DNA from: Octopus sinensis
Lineage: Eukaryota
Direction of reading: 5' to 3'
Assembly (NCBI RefSeq): GCF_006345805.1
Contig: NC_042997.1
Location: forward strand, 192,510,001 to 192,574,000
Length of the DNA stretch: 64,000 bases
This document shows positions 26,525 to 39,869 of this stretch, piece after piece. Position 1 is the stretch's first letter, and every line of letters starts with the position of its first letter. The notes under the pieces are model-generated. The model saw only the letters and a program-made list of their open reading frames with translations, did no database searches and was not told the DNA's origin. Position numbers and translations under genes: made by a program.

Positions 26525-26820
26525 AGCACTCTGTCAATTACGACGACGAAGTTTCCAGTTGATCCGATCAACAGTACAGCCTGCTCATGAAATTAATGTG
26601 CAAGTGGCTGAGCACCCCACAGACACGCGCACCCTCAACATTGTTCTCAAAGAGATAAACGTAACACAGAATGTGTTAAGGGTGGCACTTTGAAATACAG
26701 GTACAACTCATTTTTCCAGCTGAGTGGACTGGAGCAACGTGAAATAAAGTGTCTTGCTCAAGGACACAACGCGCCGCCTGGAACTGAACTCACGACCTTA
26801 CGATCGCGAGCCAAATAACC
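26525..26820 (-). mobile_element. SINE, head C with tail X
   Basis: Head ggcgcatggcttagtggttg, core cttgagcaagacactttatttcacgttgctccagtcc; tail shared with 59084-59280. Confidence 0.85.
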
Positions 26821-26948
26821 CAACCACTAAGCCATGCGCCTTCACACACACACGCACTCATGCACACACGCATGCACGCTCGCACGCACGCACGCACGCA
26901 CGCAAGCACGCACGCACGCAAGCACGCACGTACATTTTAAGAATGTAA

Positions 26949-27350
26949 TCTTCTTTATATATAAAAGTGAGGTTGTGTGCTGTCTGTCTCCCACGATTTA
27001 GATTCCTAACTACTCCCACATTTTGCGGTGCAGTTTAACCAAAACCGGGTATCTTATAGTCGTGATTCATATCGAGCCCTTCTGGGTATTAGCGCGCGTC
27101 TACGATGAGTCTACGATTTTAAAAATAATTTACCATCATTTTTTTCCATTTTAATGCATTTTTCGCTATTATATAAGGGAAGTAACTCTCTAAAAATGTC
27201 TACGATGAGTCAACGACTTTTAAAAAAATTTAACATCATTTCTTTTCCATTTTTAATGCATTTTTTGCTATTTTTTGGCTATAACTCTCTAAAAATGCTT
27301 ATATAGTTATTTCCCTTACAAACCCGAGCAACGCCGGGCGATACTGCTAG
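26949..27350 (+). mobile_element. Non-autonomous Helitron
   Basis: A|TC…hairpin…CTAG|T. Confidence 0.9.
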
Positions 27351-27619
27351 TTCATAATATAGGCAGACGAAGCTCCTCGTTATCAGTTGATGAAGTGGCC
27401 TCCAATGTGGCCTCACTATCTACAAAGGTGTCTTTAGGAGTATCGAGTCCTTAGAGTAAATCCTTTACGTGAGAACTAACAAAATAGCCCCAGGAAATCT
27501 GGTAAAACTAGGTCTAGAAAGGTTCATATGGTTCAATACATTGACATTTACATATCCGTTATGCTTAAGTGAGAAATATTTTATCACGTTTCAAGACAAA
27601 TCAGTTTTAAACTAAATGT

Positions 27620-27974
27620 CTGAACGGTTCTATATTTAAGAAATGAGCAATTATGTACATTATTTACATTATTTACAATTGACGGATATTTGTCCTCAAA
27701 TTGTTTGTTGTTAACAGAACGTTTCGGCTGATATACCCTCCAGCCTTCATTAGGTGTCTTGGGGAAATTTCGAACCTGGGTTCTCGTTCCTAAGGTATTT
27801 TTCGATGTTGCTGTTGTTGTTGTTGTTATTATTATAACCACTACGGCATATGGCGTAGTGGTTAAGAACGCGGGCTACTAACCCCAAGATTCCGAGTTCG
27901 ATTCCAGGCAGTGATCTGAATAACAACAACAACAACAACATCGAAAAATACCTTAGGAATGAGAACCCAGGTTC
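27620..27974. mobile_element. Penelope-like terminal repeat in inverted arrangement, with tRNA-like head (27845-27915 +) and mutated minimal hammerhead (27713-27758 -)
   Basis: A box TGGCGTAGTGG, B box GTTCGATTCC; gacac-CTAATGA-a-ggctg…cagcc-GAAACGTT; same family as 55113-55580. Confidence 0.8.
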
Positions 27975-28952
27975 ATTCCTGAATTATTGAACAGTTGCAG
28001 ACACTCTTGAAAGTTCTTGGTTTGGAGACATCTTCCAATGAACAGATGATTTGCTGAGCCATTCCTCTATACCACAAATTGTTACTATAACAATCATTAT
28101 TATTTGGAATTAGTTGGCCGTTTTCTTGTTTTATTTTCGACCTCTTCGTTCCTTTTTGGTCGTCGAATTCGGCCTTTATATAAACTTCATGTAACGATTT
28201 GTATGTACTCAATAGAAGACTATTAATTGAAAGTTAACATGTCTCTTTGTTTAGTCGTTACAAAATAAGATACAACTTCTTCGAGTTGTTGTACAATTAT
28301 TATCTGCAGTTCTGTTATCCATTCTGTAGGTAGTTAAGTTCATCTTTTGCTGACTGCTAGAAGAACGGATGAACGGAGATAGAAACAGTAAAAGAATTTA
28401 GACAAGCAATGAGGGTAAAAGTTGTGTAATCGCGCGGTAGCAATCTATACGGAACGTGCTCATTGGCCAAGGGCCAAGCGAAAGAGGTAGAATTGCTTTT
28501 GGGTTCCATATTTATGTTGCTTTTTATTTTCTTACTAAATTAGCTCAGGTTAAAAAAAGGATTTTCTATATCTGCCTGAACCCTATTCGACCCCAAAATA
28601 TTAACTCAAACAATAGATCTTAATTAGGTGTGACAGTTGGCTCTCATAAATTTCTAGGTGCAAAAATCGAGAGAAATAAGAAAGAATTCGTAGAATTTTT
28701 TTAATTCTCCGTTTTTCTGTCCTTTTCTATGTACTTCATGTTCTTTTAAACTTTTTAAAACCGTATCTCGTCTGATTACTATTATTGTTCATTGAAGTAT
28801 TGACCAACAAATGTTAACTGTATCTAAATTATAATTGTTTCTAATTCAGATACAAAGCCAGTAATTTTGACAAGAGGAGGTTAGTTCCAGTAGTTTATTT
28901 AATCTAGTTTCAGCGGGATTTGAACTCAAAGTGTGAAGAGCCGGAACAAATA

Positions 28953-29120
28953 CCTATTTCTTTATTACCGACAAGGGGCTAAACACAGAGCGGACAAACA
29001 AGGACAGACATAGATATTAAGTCGATTACAGCGACCCCAGTGCGTAACTGGTACTTAATTCATCGACCCCGAAAGGATGAAAGGCAAAGTCGACCTCGGC
29101 GGAATTTGAACTCACAACGT
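28953..29120 (-). mobile_element. SINE family A, 5'-truncated
   Basis: Family match; gccggaacaaatacc on both sides. Confidence 0.85.
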
Positions 29121-29429
29121 AACGCCGGAACAAATACCGCATGGCAATTTTGTCCAACGCTCTCACGATTCATCCACACCGCCGTTCTACTGCATTTCAG
29201 TTATAATAACAGCCAGTGAATATAAGGTTAAGTATTCGTTTGTTAACTTAATCAGCTTATCGAATTATTTAGACACTACTGTCCCTCGGTCAACTGTTCC
29301 TATTCGGTCACTGGCGCCTGTATGGGAATCTTGAGGAATACTCACTTCTCTTAGCAGTAAATCGTTCCTGTATCTAATACACCAATACACCCTGAGAAAA
29401 TATACCCAAGATTGTCTGATGGAGTTGGG

Positions 29430-29620
29430 GGTCATTTCCTAGAGCCGTCATCATGCGTAGAACCAACCAGATCCACCAGCGCTCTCCATTACTGGCGGTC
29501 CCGTGCCAGCCCCTCTGCATCCTCCCTAGTGATGTCGAGCCTCCGAAGATCCTTCCCAATCACGTCCAGCCATCTGTTGCGAGGCCTGACACGAGGCCCC
29601 TTCTAGCCCGCAACTGCTAC
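29430..29620 (-). pseudogene. RTE-clade LINE C-terminal fragment
   Basis: G*KGPRVRPRNRWLDVIGKDLRRLDITREDAEGLARDRQ*WRALV. Confidence 0.8.
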
Positions 29621-29766
29621 GTGGAATGAGAGTACAATGTACAACAACTCGAAGAAGTATTGAGACCAGTTAATGATATTTTTTCCCCTACAATGAGTTA
29701 TTGAAGTACTAAAAACTGACACGAATAACACGCAGCTGCATTTATACTTCATTATAATTAACTATA

Positions 29767-30022
29767 GTGGAGGCGCGTGCCTTAGTGGTTAGGGTGTCAG
29801 CATCGTGATCGTAAGATTGTGGTTTCGATTCCTGGACCGGGCGACACGTCGTGTTCTTGAGCAAAACACTTCATTTCACGTTGCTCCAGTCCACTCACCT
29901 GGCAAAAATGAGTAACGCTGCAATGGACTGGCGTCCCGTCCAGCTGGGGAACACATACGCCATAGAAACTGGGAAACCGGGCCCATGAGCCTAGCTAGGC
30001 TTTAAAAGGGCGCACTTATTAT
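29767..30022 (+). mobile_element. SINE, head C with tail Z, full length
   Basis: tRNA A/B boxes; 16-bp TSD attataattaactata. Confidence 0.92.
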
Positions 30023-30158
30023 ATTATAATTAACTATATATTTCCTTCGATTTTTGTTTTTGTCTAAATTTTCTGTTTGTCGTTCGTTCTATATAAAGTT
30101 GTTTACAGAAATAAAAACGGCTAAAATCTGATATGCATTTTGATCAATTAAATGTTTC

Positions 30159-30598
30159 AGATCTTTTCGGTTTGAACGGCAGTTTTTTCTAGCGGAGTCA
30201 TATGAAATTGCCACCCATAATTATGATCCTAGTATCGATCTATTGCATTTCAATCTATTTTAGGGTTAGGGTTAGAGTTAGGGTTAGGGTTAGGGTTAGG
30301 GGTGGGGGAAGGGTATCTTTTTTTCTTCAGAAATGTAAATAAACCCAATCTGTTTCTTAAACGAGGGACATATTCATACGGCACAGAATGTTTTCAGCTC
30401 AATAGACGTCATTGATTGGTTGAAATTGCAGAAATTGAAGAAAAAAAACAACAAATATCTTACAAACTATAGAATTTTCTCAATAAAGCCAAGAGAAAAA
30501 GATTTTTTATAAACACATTCTACCAGTATACGAAGTTTAAAAGTATTTTGTTACGTGGAAATTATTGTTAAAAACTGCCGTTCAAACCGAAAAGATCC
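30159..30598. mobile_element. Merlin-like MITE (440 bp) with internal (TTAGGG)n
   Basis: TIRs AGATCTTTTCGGTTTGAACGGCAG / CTGCCGTTCAAACCGAAAAGATCC; telomeric hexamers at ~30259-30301. Confidence 0.9.
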
Positions 30599-31251
30599 TA
30601 ACTATATATTTCCTTCGATATTTTTTAGTCAAAATTTCCTGTTTGTTGTTTGTTCTATATAAAGTTGTTTACAGAAATAAAAACGGCTAAAATCTGATAT
30701 GCATTTTGATCAATTAAATGTTTCTTTTTATTTCAATATTGTTTTATTTTCTTTCACATCATTTCAATGAAACAATATATTACGCATTCAGGATATAAAA
30801 TATCGAGTCACGAAGTGTAGTATACGTTTCCCGTAATTTTTGATTCAGTGTTGTTCGTCCTCTGAGCCGCCTTATGAAGTCACAAGGCTTCTTGGTTTAT
30901 TACCAACGGTAACGTATGGTTGGATGATTACTACGCCTTTTTTTCTGCGTCATTAATGACGCAAGTCAATGGATACAGCAACAGTCAGACACCGGAGAAG
31001 AGAGACAGATTCTGTGATTCTGTTCCCTGTGAAGCTTCTTGTATCAACACGACAGCGGTTGAAAATGATAGCAGAATGTGTGTGTGTTTGTGTGTGTGTG
31101 TGTGTATGTGTGTGTGTGTGTGTGTGTAATTGAAATAGGTTAATAATGCAATCAAGCTTAGTTACACGTCTAAGAAACAAATTATATTGGTTAATTGGCA
31201 GAAAAGCTAAAGATAGGTACAATTAGAAGAAAATGGTATCATTTTATATAT

Positions 31252-32205
31252 GATACATACATACATACATACATACATACATACATACATACATACATAC
31301 GTACGTACGTACGTACGTACATACATACATACATACATGCATGCATACATACATACGTACATACGTACATACATACATACATACATACATACATACATAC
31401 ATACATACAAACATACGTACGTACATGCATTCATACATACATACATCCATACATACATACATGCATACATACGTATATACGTACATACATACATACATAC
31501 ATGCATACATACATACGTACATACATACATACATACGTACGTACGTATGTACGTACGTACATACATACATACATACATACATACGTATATACGTACGTAC
31601 GTACATACATACATGCATTCATACATACATACATCCATACATACATACATACATATATACATACATACATACGTACATACGTACATACATACATACATAC
31701 ATACGTACATACGTACACACGTACATACGTACATACATACATACATACATTCATACGTACGTACATACATACATACATACATACGTACGTACATACGTAC
31801 GTACGTACATACATACATACATACATACATACATACATACATACATGCATACGTACATACATACACATACATACATACGTACATACATACGTACATACAT
31901 ACATACATACATACGTACATACGTACATACATACATACATACATACATACATGCATACATACATACATACGTACATACATATATACATACATACATACAT
32001 ACATACGTATATACGTACGTACGTACATACATACATACATACATACGTACATACGTACATACATACATACATACATACATACATACATGCATGCATACAT
32101 ACATACATACATACGTACGTACGTACATACATACATACATACATACATACATACATACATACATACATACATACGTACGTACGTACGTACGTACGTACGT
32201 ACGTG
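31252..32205. repeat. ~950-bp (TACA/TACG)n tetranucleotide array
   Basis: Direct reading; source of the HTYI/MYVC pseudo-ORFs. Confidence 0.98.
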
Positions 32206-32567
32206 CGTGCGAGCGAGTATGTGATACAATGTCGAATTGTAATAAAAAGTTTTCAACATTAAGCTGAAGGATTACTCAAAACTTTTTGTAGAGTACAGAA
32301 TTAAAAGAAGTGAAAACTGTGCACGCTCAAAATGGTTGCGGACTGCCATAATAAACCTTAAAAAGTAGGAGACTATCATTGTTACTCAAAAATATTGGAA
32401 TCACTATTTGTTGTACATTCTGTGGCATCTTAAAACGAAAAGCGACTCCGGTGTGAATTACGATGTCACGATAATTATTAAACCGAGTTCTTAATATAAA
32501 AATTTGAAAATGTACAAAATATGATCTTTAACTTCGAATAAGTAAATTCCTTATAATACTCGGATCT

Positions 32568-32810
32568 CTTGAGCAAGGCACTTTATTTCACGTTGCTCCA
32601 GTCCACTCAGCTGGAACAATGAGTTGTACATGTATTTCAAAGGACCACCTTTGTCACATTCCGTGTTACGTTGTATCTCTTTGAGAACAATGTTAAAGGT
32701 GCGCCTGTCTGTGGAGTGCTCAGCCACTTGCACATTAATTTCACAAGCAGGCTGTTCTGTTGATTGGATCAACTGGAAACCCCGTCATCGTAACCTCACG
32801 GGATACCAGT
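32568..32810 (+). mobile_element. SINE, C core with tail X, 5'-truncated
   Basis: Homologous to 26525-26760. Confidence 0.8.
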
Positions 32811-33078
32811 TTGAATCATAGTTCTCTAGTACAATAGTCGCATTTATCAATCGATCTCAAACCTTTTAGGTCAAATTTCCTCATTCGCAACCAGTACGGT
32901 TTAACGCCGAAGAAGATAGATAGAACAATTCTCTTCTTTACTTTATTGAATCAATCGAATATGGGATCGATTTGGTAAACGTGATTATTGTCCAAGAGAG
33001 ATATGATTCTAAATCTTTATCGAAAACGCTTGTAAACTAGCTTGAGTAAAAAGTATAGATATCAACTACCCTTGTGCC

Positions 33079-33169
<91 letters not shown>

Positions 33170-33489
33170 ACCTCCATAACCATAACAAAGTAATCACGAA
33201 GAAGTCCTGGTCACCCTCAATTACAAACGATCAGTCCAGAGCCGAGTGTGCTCTGAATCTTATACAATAAATTGTTCAGTGTTGATACTCCAATTAAATA
33301 GAGTGGTCCTTCACTTTTATTTATTTATTTATTTATTTGTTTATTTATTTTCTTAATAGGCTTAACTTGTCATTTTGACACGTTGTAAGATTTACTCAAG
33401 AACTTACAGTTTCGTGTTACTTCTCTTATTAATAAAACCAAACTGCGCTCTCCCACCTCACTCTCTATCGCTCTCTCTCCCGTGTATTC

Positions 33490-33711
33490 TTTTATTCTTA
33501 TACTTGTTGCAGTCATGTGGCTGCGGCCATGCTGGAGCGCCGCATTTAGTCGAACAGATCGAACCCCAGGACTTGCTCTTTGTAAACCTGGTATTTAACC
33601 TGTCGGTCTCTTTTGCGAAACCTCTAAGTTACGGGACGTAAACACACCAGCATCGGTTGTCAAGCGATGGTGGGGGGACAAACGCAGACACACACAAATA
33701 TATACATATAT
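33490..33711 (-). mobile_element. SINE family B, 3' part
   Basis: Family match. Confidence 0.85.
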
Positions 33712-34783
33712 ACGTTACGCCGCAATAATATATGTATAAAAAATATATATAAAAATACAAAATGGGACATGAACGCAAAACACTCAAAGAGACGACACAA
33801 AAAACGGACGGGTCATTCGAAGCCTCTAATCTTCAGTCAAGAACCGGATCATCCTCGCAATTTCGGCTGATAAATCTTGAGATCGCTCCGATCCGGCGAG
33901 CCCCAAGGACTAACTAAGCTACGAGCATTAGATTTCTTGGAAAAAGGATCGAATGTATACGATGTGTCGTCTCTTTGAGTGTTTTGCGTTCTTGTCCCAT
34001 TTTGTATTTTTATACATATATTATTGCGGCGTAACGTATAACTTGTTCTCTTATGTATGTAAGCATTCCACTATTGTACGACTTCTTCACACACTTTCTC
34101 TATACTTCACCAGCCTCTGTCTTTCTCTTTTCTTGCCTCTGATTCTTTGGTCTCCTCTTCCCCCACTCTCTCACATTTCTCTGTCTTTCTCACTTTGCAC
34201 CTCACTGATTCTGTCGCCAAGCCAATCCTTGGCACGCTATCTTTTTTCTCCCCTCTTTAATTCCTTCTTTCTCTCTCTTCTCCCCCCCCTTTGGTGCCTT
34301 TGTCCCTCTTTTTCTCTCTCTCTTTGATTCCTTTGCCCCCTTTTATTCTCTCTCTTCTCTCACGTGACCGCCGGTCAACTAGCCTTTCGGCTTCTGACCA
34401 CCGCCGCGACAACATCGTTTTCTTCGTCTGCCGCAAAGGCATTTTTTTCCAAATACGCCAGTTAAGCTAAGTTGAACTGTCTAAAGTCGTAAGACACCCG
34501 CTGTCTTTGTCCTGTTATTACTATTATTGTTTTTTGTATTTATATTCGTGTGGCATCGTCCGTTTTTCTGTCCTTGTTTCGTATACATTCGATCCTTTTT
34601 CCAAGAAATCTAATGCTCGTAGCTTAGTTTTTCCTTGGGGCTGGCCGGATCGGAGCGATCTCAAGATTAATCAGCCGAAATTGCGAGGATGATCCGGTTC
34701 TTGACTGAAGATTAGAGGCTTCGAATGCCTCGTCCGTTTTTTGTGTCGTCTCTTTGAGTGTTTTGCGTTCATGTCCCATTTTG

Positions 34784-34790
<7 letters not shown>
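33709..34790. mobile_element. Penelope-like insertion: inverted terminal repeat, partial repeat, internal segment, full repeat
   Basis: 33750-33962 is the reverse complement of 34578-34790; 33963-34040 is a partial copy; family also at 52360-52610. Confidence 0.7.
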
Positions 34791-34830
<40 letters not shown>

Positions 34831-34915
34831 AGAATTTACAACAAAAAAAAAGACGAAGACGGGTGTGTAAACAACAAACAGGTGTATTAGTTTAACGCTC
34901 GGGAGGTGATAAAGT

Positions 34916-34951
34916 CTTTTACGTTTCGAGCCTACGCTCTTCGGCAGAAAG
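34916..34951 (-). ncRNA. Minimal hammerhead motif (A6C variant), Penelope type
   Basis: cttt-CTGCCGA-a-GAGC(gtag)GCTC-GAAAC-GTA-aaag. Confidence 0.6.
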
Positions 34952-35040
34952 GAACACAGAAATAAACAGGGAGAGAAAATAGAAAAAGGGTTATTGGCTA
35001 GCGATCTATCATGGCGAATGATATATATATATATATATAT

Positions 35041-35257
35041 CTTTTTATTCACCTGTTTCAGTCATTAAACTGCGGTCATGTTGGGGCACCGTCTTCAAAA
35101 GCTTTTCGCCCCCAGCTCCTATCTTTTTTAAAGCCCGGTGCTTATTTTATCCGTCTCTTTTGCAGAACCGCTTAGACACAGGGACGTAAAACGACCAACA
35201 CTGGTTGCCAAGTGGTGGTGGGGGACAAACACACACACACATACACACACACACACA

Positions 35258-35310
<53 letters not shown>

Positions 35311-35475
35311 CACAACCGGTTTCTTTCAGTTTCCCCTCTGCCAAATCCACTCACAAGGTTTTGGTCGGCCCGAGGCTATAGTAGAAGGCATATGCCCAAG
35401 CTGCCACGCAGTGGTACTGAACCCGGAACCATGTGGCTGGGGAGCAAACCTCTTCCCACACAGCTACGCTTGCGC
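35041..35475 (-). mobile_element. SINE family B with expanded internal (CA)n
   Basis: Family match. Confidence 0.88.
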
Positions 35476-35476
35476 C

Positions 35477-35560
<84 letters not shown>

Positions 35561-36199
35561 CATATACATATTTGTGTGTGTGTTTTAGTTCTAGGTTTAC
35601 CTCTCCCTTCGTCTTTCTCAGCAGATATATAAATGTTTACACGATTTTACTCTGCCAAAATCTTTCATTTAACGCACGTTTTGACCACTTTTAGAATATG
35701 CATTGTAACAGAATTTTTGTTACTTTGTTTATTTCAATTATTCATTATTATATATTTTTTTTTTCATTTGCTCATTTATTTGCCTGTTTGTCTTCTTTCT
35801 TCTTCAACTGTAACGAATCTATTTTGCCCAGCTCAAGCTGGCATTTTAGACTAAGAATCTAATTAAGTCGATTTGGCTTGCAGTGTACGAGCTCATCATT
35901 TGCCAACTTGTCAGCCGGTTCCATTCCTATCACAATAAGCAAAACAACAAAACAGACATCTTCCGTAACGTTTTCTTTGTATAGCTTTTATTCAGAGTTT
36001 TCTTTCTTTCTCTTTCTCTCTGCCTACGCAACAGTGTCTGCTGCTTCGTATCTCATAGCTCCGAGTTCCATTTAAGTTGGGGAGTAAACTTTTAATTTAT
36101 TTTATTGTGGCTAAATTTGACAGTGTTGATTGAGGAAGCTGTCACGAAGATGTAGAATGTTTCCACGATAGACAAAAGACGAAAGGTATGAGGTGCTGA

Positions 36200-36619
36200 A
36201 AGGCGGCGAGCTGGCAGAAACGTTAGCACGCCGGGCGAAATGCGTAGCCGTATTTCGTCTGCCGTTACGTTCTGAGTTCAAATTCCGCCGAGGTCGACTT
36301 TGCCTTTCATCCTTTCGGGGTCGATAAATTAAGTACCAGTTACGCACTGGAGTCGATGTAATCGACTTAATCCGTTTGTCTGTCCTTGTTTGTCCCCTCT
36401 ATGTTTAGCCCCTTGTGGGCAGTAAAGAAATAGGTATTTCGTCTGTCTTTACGTTCTGAGTTCAAATTCCGCCGAGGTCGACTTTGCCTTTCATCCTTTC
36501 AGGGTCAATTAAATAAGTACAAGTTACGCACTGGGGTCGATATAATCGACTTAATTCGTTTATCTGTCCTTGTTTGTCCTCTCTATGTTTAGCCAATTGT
36601 GAGTAATAAAGAAACAGGT
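36200..36619 (+). mobile_element. SINE family A, dimeric
   Basis: Family match; aggtatgaggtg(c/t)tga on both sides. Confidence 0.92.
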
Positions 36620-37140
36620 ATGAGGTGTTGATAGTCAAGTTGAAATCAGACGGCGTATACTGAATGTACAACACCGGTGAACAATTCACAGAATTTTATT
36701 TTACCGCATAAATGATGTTCATTATGTTGGTCATGAATTAGAAATTGCACTAACAAAGTTTACACACTGGAAAGAATATTATGCAGCTCTTACAAATGAT
36801 TGATTTCAAAGGTTATGTAATTAAGCTGCCAAGACAGGGGAAAATATACACACTAGTTTCATGTCGGCAAACTGTAGTGGTATATCCAGGTCGAGTAAGA
36901 GCCATGACAACGACTATTAAAACCAGCAAAATGAGTATGTGATTAGCTTTGCTGCGGGCCGCCACACACTGAAGTAAGAAATGAATTTATCGGTCCCTGC
37001 GCAACATGGTCTGGTGAGAGTGGAGACGCGTTTCGTGCGATCGTCTTCGACGCTCTGCGAGGTTGGCGCTAAAAGTATGCCTATTTATAAGCCTTGTAAG
37101 GAGAATATTCTGAAGTCTTCTAGAATGATCTATTATATAT

Positions 37141-37372
37141 ATTTCTTTACTACCCACAAGGGGCTAAACATAGAGGGGACAAGCAAGGACAGAGAAAGGG
37201 ATTAAGTCGATTACATCGACCCCAGTGCGTAACTGGTGCTTAATTTATCGACCCCGAAATGATGAAAGGCAAAGTCGATCTCGGCGGAATTTGAACTCAG
37301 AACGTAACGGCAGACGAAATACGGCTACGCATTTCACCCGGCGTGCTAACGTTTCTGCCAGCTCGCCGCCTT
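37141..37372 (-). mobile_element. SINE family A
   Basis: Family match; tagaatgatctattatata on both sides. Confidence 0.92.
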
Positions 37373-38397
37373 AGAATGATCTATTATATAATGTCTGGCT
37401 GCTGATTGGTCCATGTCTCGGCCGCTCACATGAAAAAGCTGTTACTAAACCGTGATTTTAACTTGGCAATTCGTCGATTCGGTTTGAATCTTGCTACAAA
37501 GCTATAAATAAAATCTTTTAATGTTACAGTGTCTCACTTCAGGTCAGCCTTGATCGACCACATCTATTATCAAAGGTATTTTAGCCATGACCATGCCGTC
37601 TTTATTTTCGTTTATTAGGCATAGTGACCTTGGACTACATTGCTCAATGTGCTTTAACTCTTACAAGACAAGAGGATTAAAGTTGATAGAGGTGGGCTCT
37701 GAACGTTATCATCAGACTGCCAGGCACGTATTTCAGTATGTTTGTGCATCATCAGTCACAGATAGCTTTCATCGTTCATAGTCCAGTGGAAGCTACCGTT
37801 CCTATACAGTATGCAGGGGAAAATACACTTGTTAGGGTGTGCAAAGCTTTGTCAAGCGGGAATCAATTAGAAGCGTATTAAGCAGTGACAATGGAAATAA
37901 AGCTGTGTGCATTTATATTCATACATTCATATACACTGAAACGTTAAGAGATGTTCATTGTGGTGAATGTCATGGAGTAGATATTCCCCTCATAGACTAT
38001 TTGTATAAAAACTCATCGAGCTCGACTCTGAATAAGTGATGAATGGCTGAAGCTGAATCTGCCATTGATGACACGTAATCACGTAGAAACGTGTGTTTGA
38101 CAGTCCGATGCCATCATTGAAAGACCAGTGCGACGTGTTTTCACACACATAACCTACGAAAAAATTTTAAAAAACTTCTATGAGACATTAATCGTAAAAC
38201 TGGGATACGGGGGTCCATTTAAGCAACTAAGCCGATTCGGCTTATTAATCCGCTGGATTAACCATTAAGCAAAATAAGTACGTGCTTATGACATCAAGGG
38301 AAGCGGGGCACCACAGAAATAGTAAATGGTTTACAACACAAAAGAAATCACTTTAAAACTTGCTAAAATAATATTCGAAGTGGTGCTCATATGATCC

Positions 38398-38815
38398 CTT
38401 TTACTCTTTTACTTGTTTCAGTCATTTGACTGCGGCCATGCTGGAGCACCGCCTTTAGTCGAGGAAATCGACCCCAGGACCTATTCTTTGTAAGCCTAGT
38501 ACTTATTCTATCGGGCACTTTTGCCGAACCGCTAAGTTACGGGGACATAAACACACCAGCATCGGTTGTCAAGCGATGTTGGTGGTGGTAGTGGTGGGGA
38601 ACAAACACAGACACACAAACACACTACACACACACATATATATACATATATACGACGGGCTTCTTTCAGTTTCCGTCTGCCAAATCCACTCACAAGGCTT
38701 TGGTCGGCCCGAGGCTATAGTAGAAGACACTTGCCCAAAGTGCCATGCAGTGAGACAAAACCTGGAACCATGTGGTTGGTAAGCAAGCTACTTACCACAC
38801 AGCCACTCTTGCGCC
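38398..38815 (-). mobile_element. SINE family B, nested in a degenerate hAT-like element (~38246-39087)
   Basis: Family match; outer ends ccgctggattaa / ttaatccggctctg. Confidence 0.85.
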
Positions 38816-39132
38816 TATTTCCTGATCGGAAGTATGATTTCGATGAGTTCATGATGTTACAGTGAGGATTTGATCAAAGACTTTGCGATTAGAAAAAATA
38901 GGAGAAAACTTTTCAAATATAAAAATAAACGTTATAATGTTTGTTATTTTCCCTCTTACTGTTAGCTTTGATTCATTTTTAAAAATAAAAATTTATTTAA
39001 TGGTTTATTATTGTTTATATTTTGAATTACATATATACGGGTGCACCAAAATCTCTATAAGTACCTAGGGTCTTAATCCGGCTCTGCACATAACCTATGA
39101 AGAAAATATCTTCCCTGAGACATTAACCGCAA

Positions 39133-39516
39133 GTGGTGGCGCAATGGACCAGTGGTTAAGGCAGCGGACGCGCGGTTGGAGGATCGCGGTTTCGATTCCC
39201 AGACCGGGCGTTGTGTGTGTTTACTGAGCGAAAACACCTAAAGCTCCACAAGGCTCCAGCAGGGGTTGGTGGCGACCCCTGTTGTACTCTTTCGCGCCAA
39301 CTTTCTCTCACTCTTTCTTCCTGTTTCTTGTTTCCGACTTCCTACGCAACCGCTGAGCCTTGATGCGCATTCATCCATCCGTCGATGCTCTCGGTGTCGG
39401 GGGTTGACCTGCTTTCTCTTCTGCGGGTCTTACGAATAGCAAAGGACCACGTTTCGGGCTTCTCCCATCTTGCAAGCTCTGGGACGAAGACCGTTCGCTC
39501 AACAGCAGTAACAGCA
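39133..39516 (+). mobile_element. SINE, tRNA-Arg-like head D with tail Y
   Basis: ggcgcaatggaccagtggttaaggcagcggac…ggtttcgattccc; 13-bp TSD acattaaccgcaa. Confidence 0.9.
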
Positions 39517-39869
39517 ACATTAACCGCAATACTGGGGTCGATTTGATCAACCAAGCCCACCTCTCAGATTTCAGGACTTGTGTCTATGTAAGAAATTATT
39601 ATCAAACAAGAATCATGGATGACTGAATTTATCGTTGAGCGATATTTTGTTATTTACTTACACATTCTGATTTCAAATCCTTACTTAGGCGACTTTCCAT
39701 TTCGTAAAAATTAGCGAATGATTAAATCGTTTATATTACTCTTTCGCAATTGGCTGTGTGTGTTGCGTTAATGTTAGACAATAATTATTATAATTAGGTG
39801 ACCGACAAACTAGCGTTGCAACCCTAGATATTTCTTATTATCGTCGGAAGTGATGGCGGTAGAGGTATT

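Noticed and set aside
27845-27915. tRNA gene with ACT anticodon
   Set aside because: Acceptor and T stems pair poorly; it is part of the Penelope-like repeat
28380-28420. ETVKEFRQAMR resembling an EF-hand helix
   Set aside because: In-frame stop upstream, no EF loop and no convincing splice sites
31195-32267. 300-355 aa ORFs in several frames (HTYI / MYVC)
   Set aside because: Translations of the stop-free (TACA)n array
39133-39205. tRNA-Arg-like gene (also 59395-59468)
   Set aside because: SINE heads inside TSD-bounded elements
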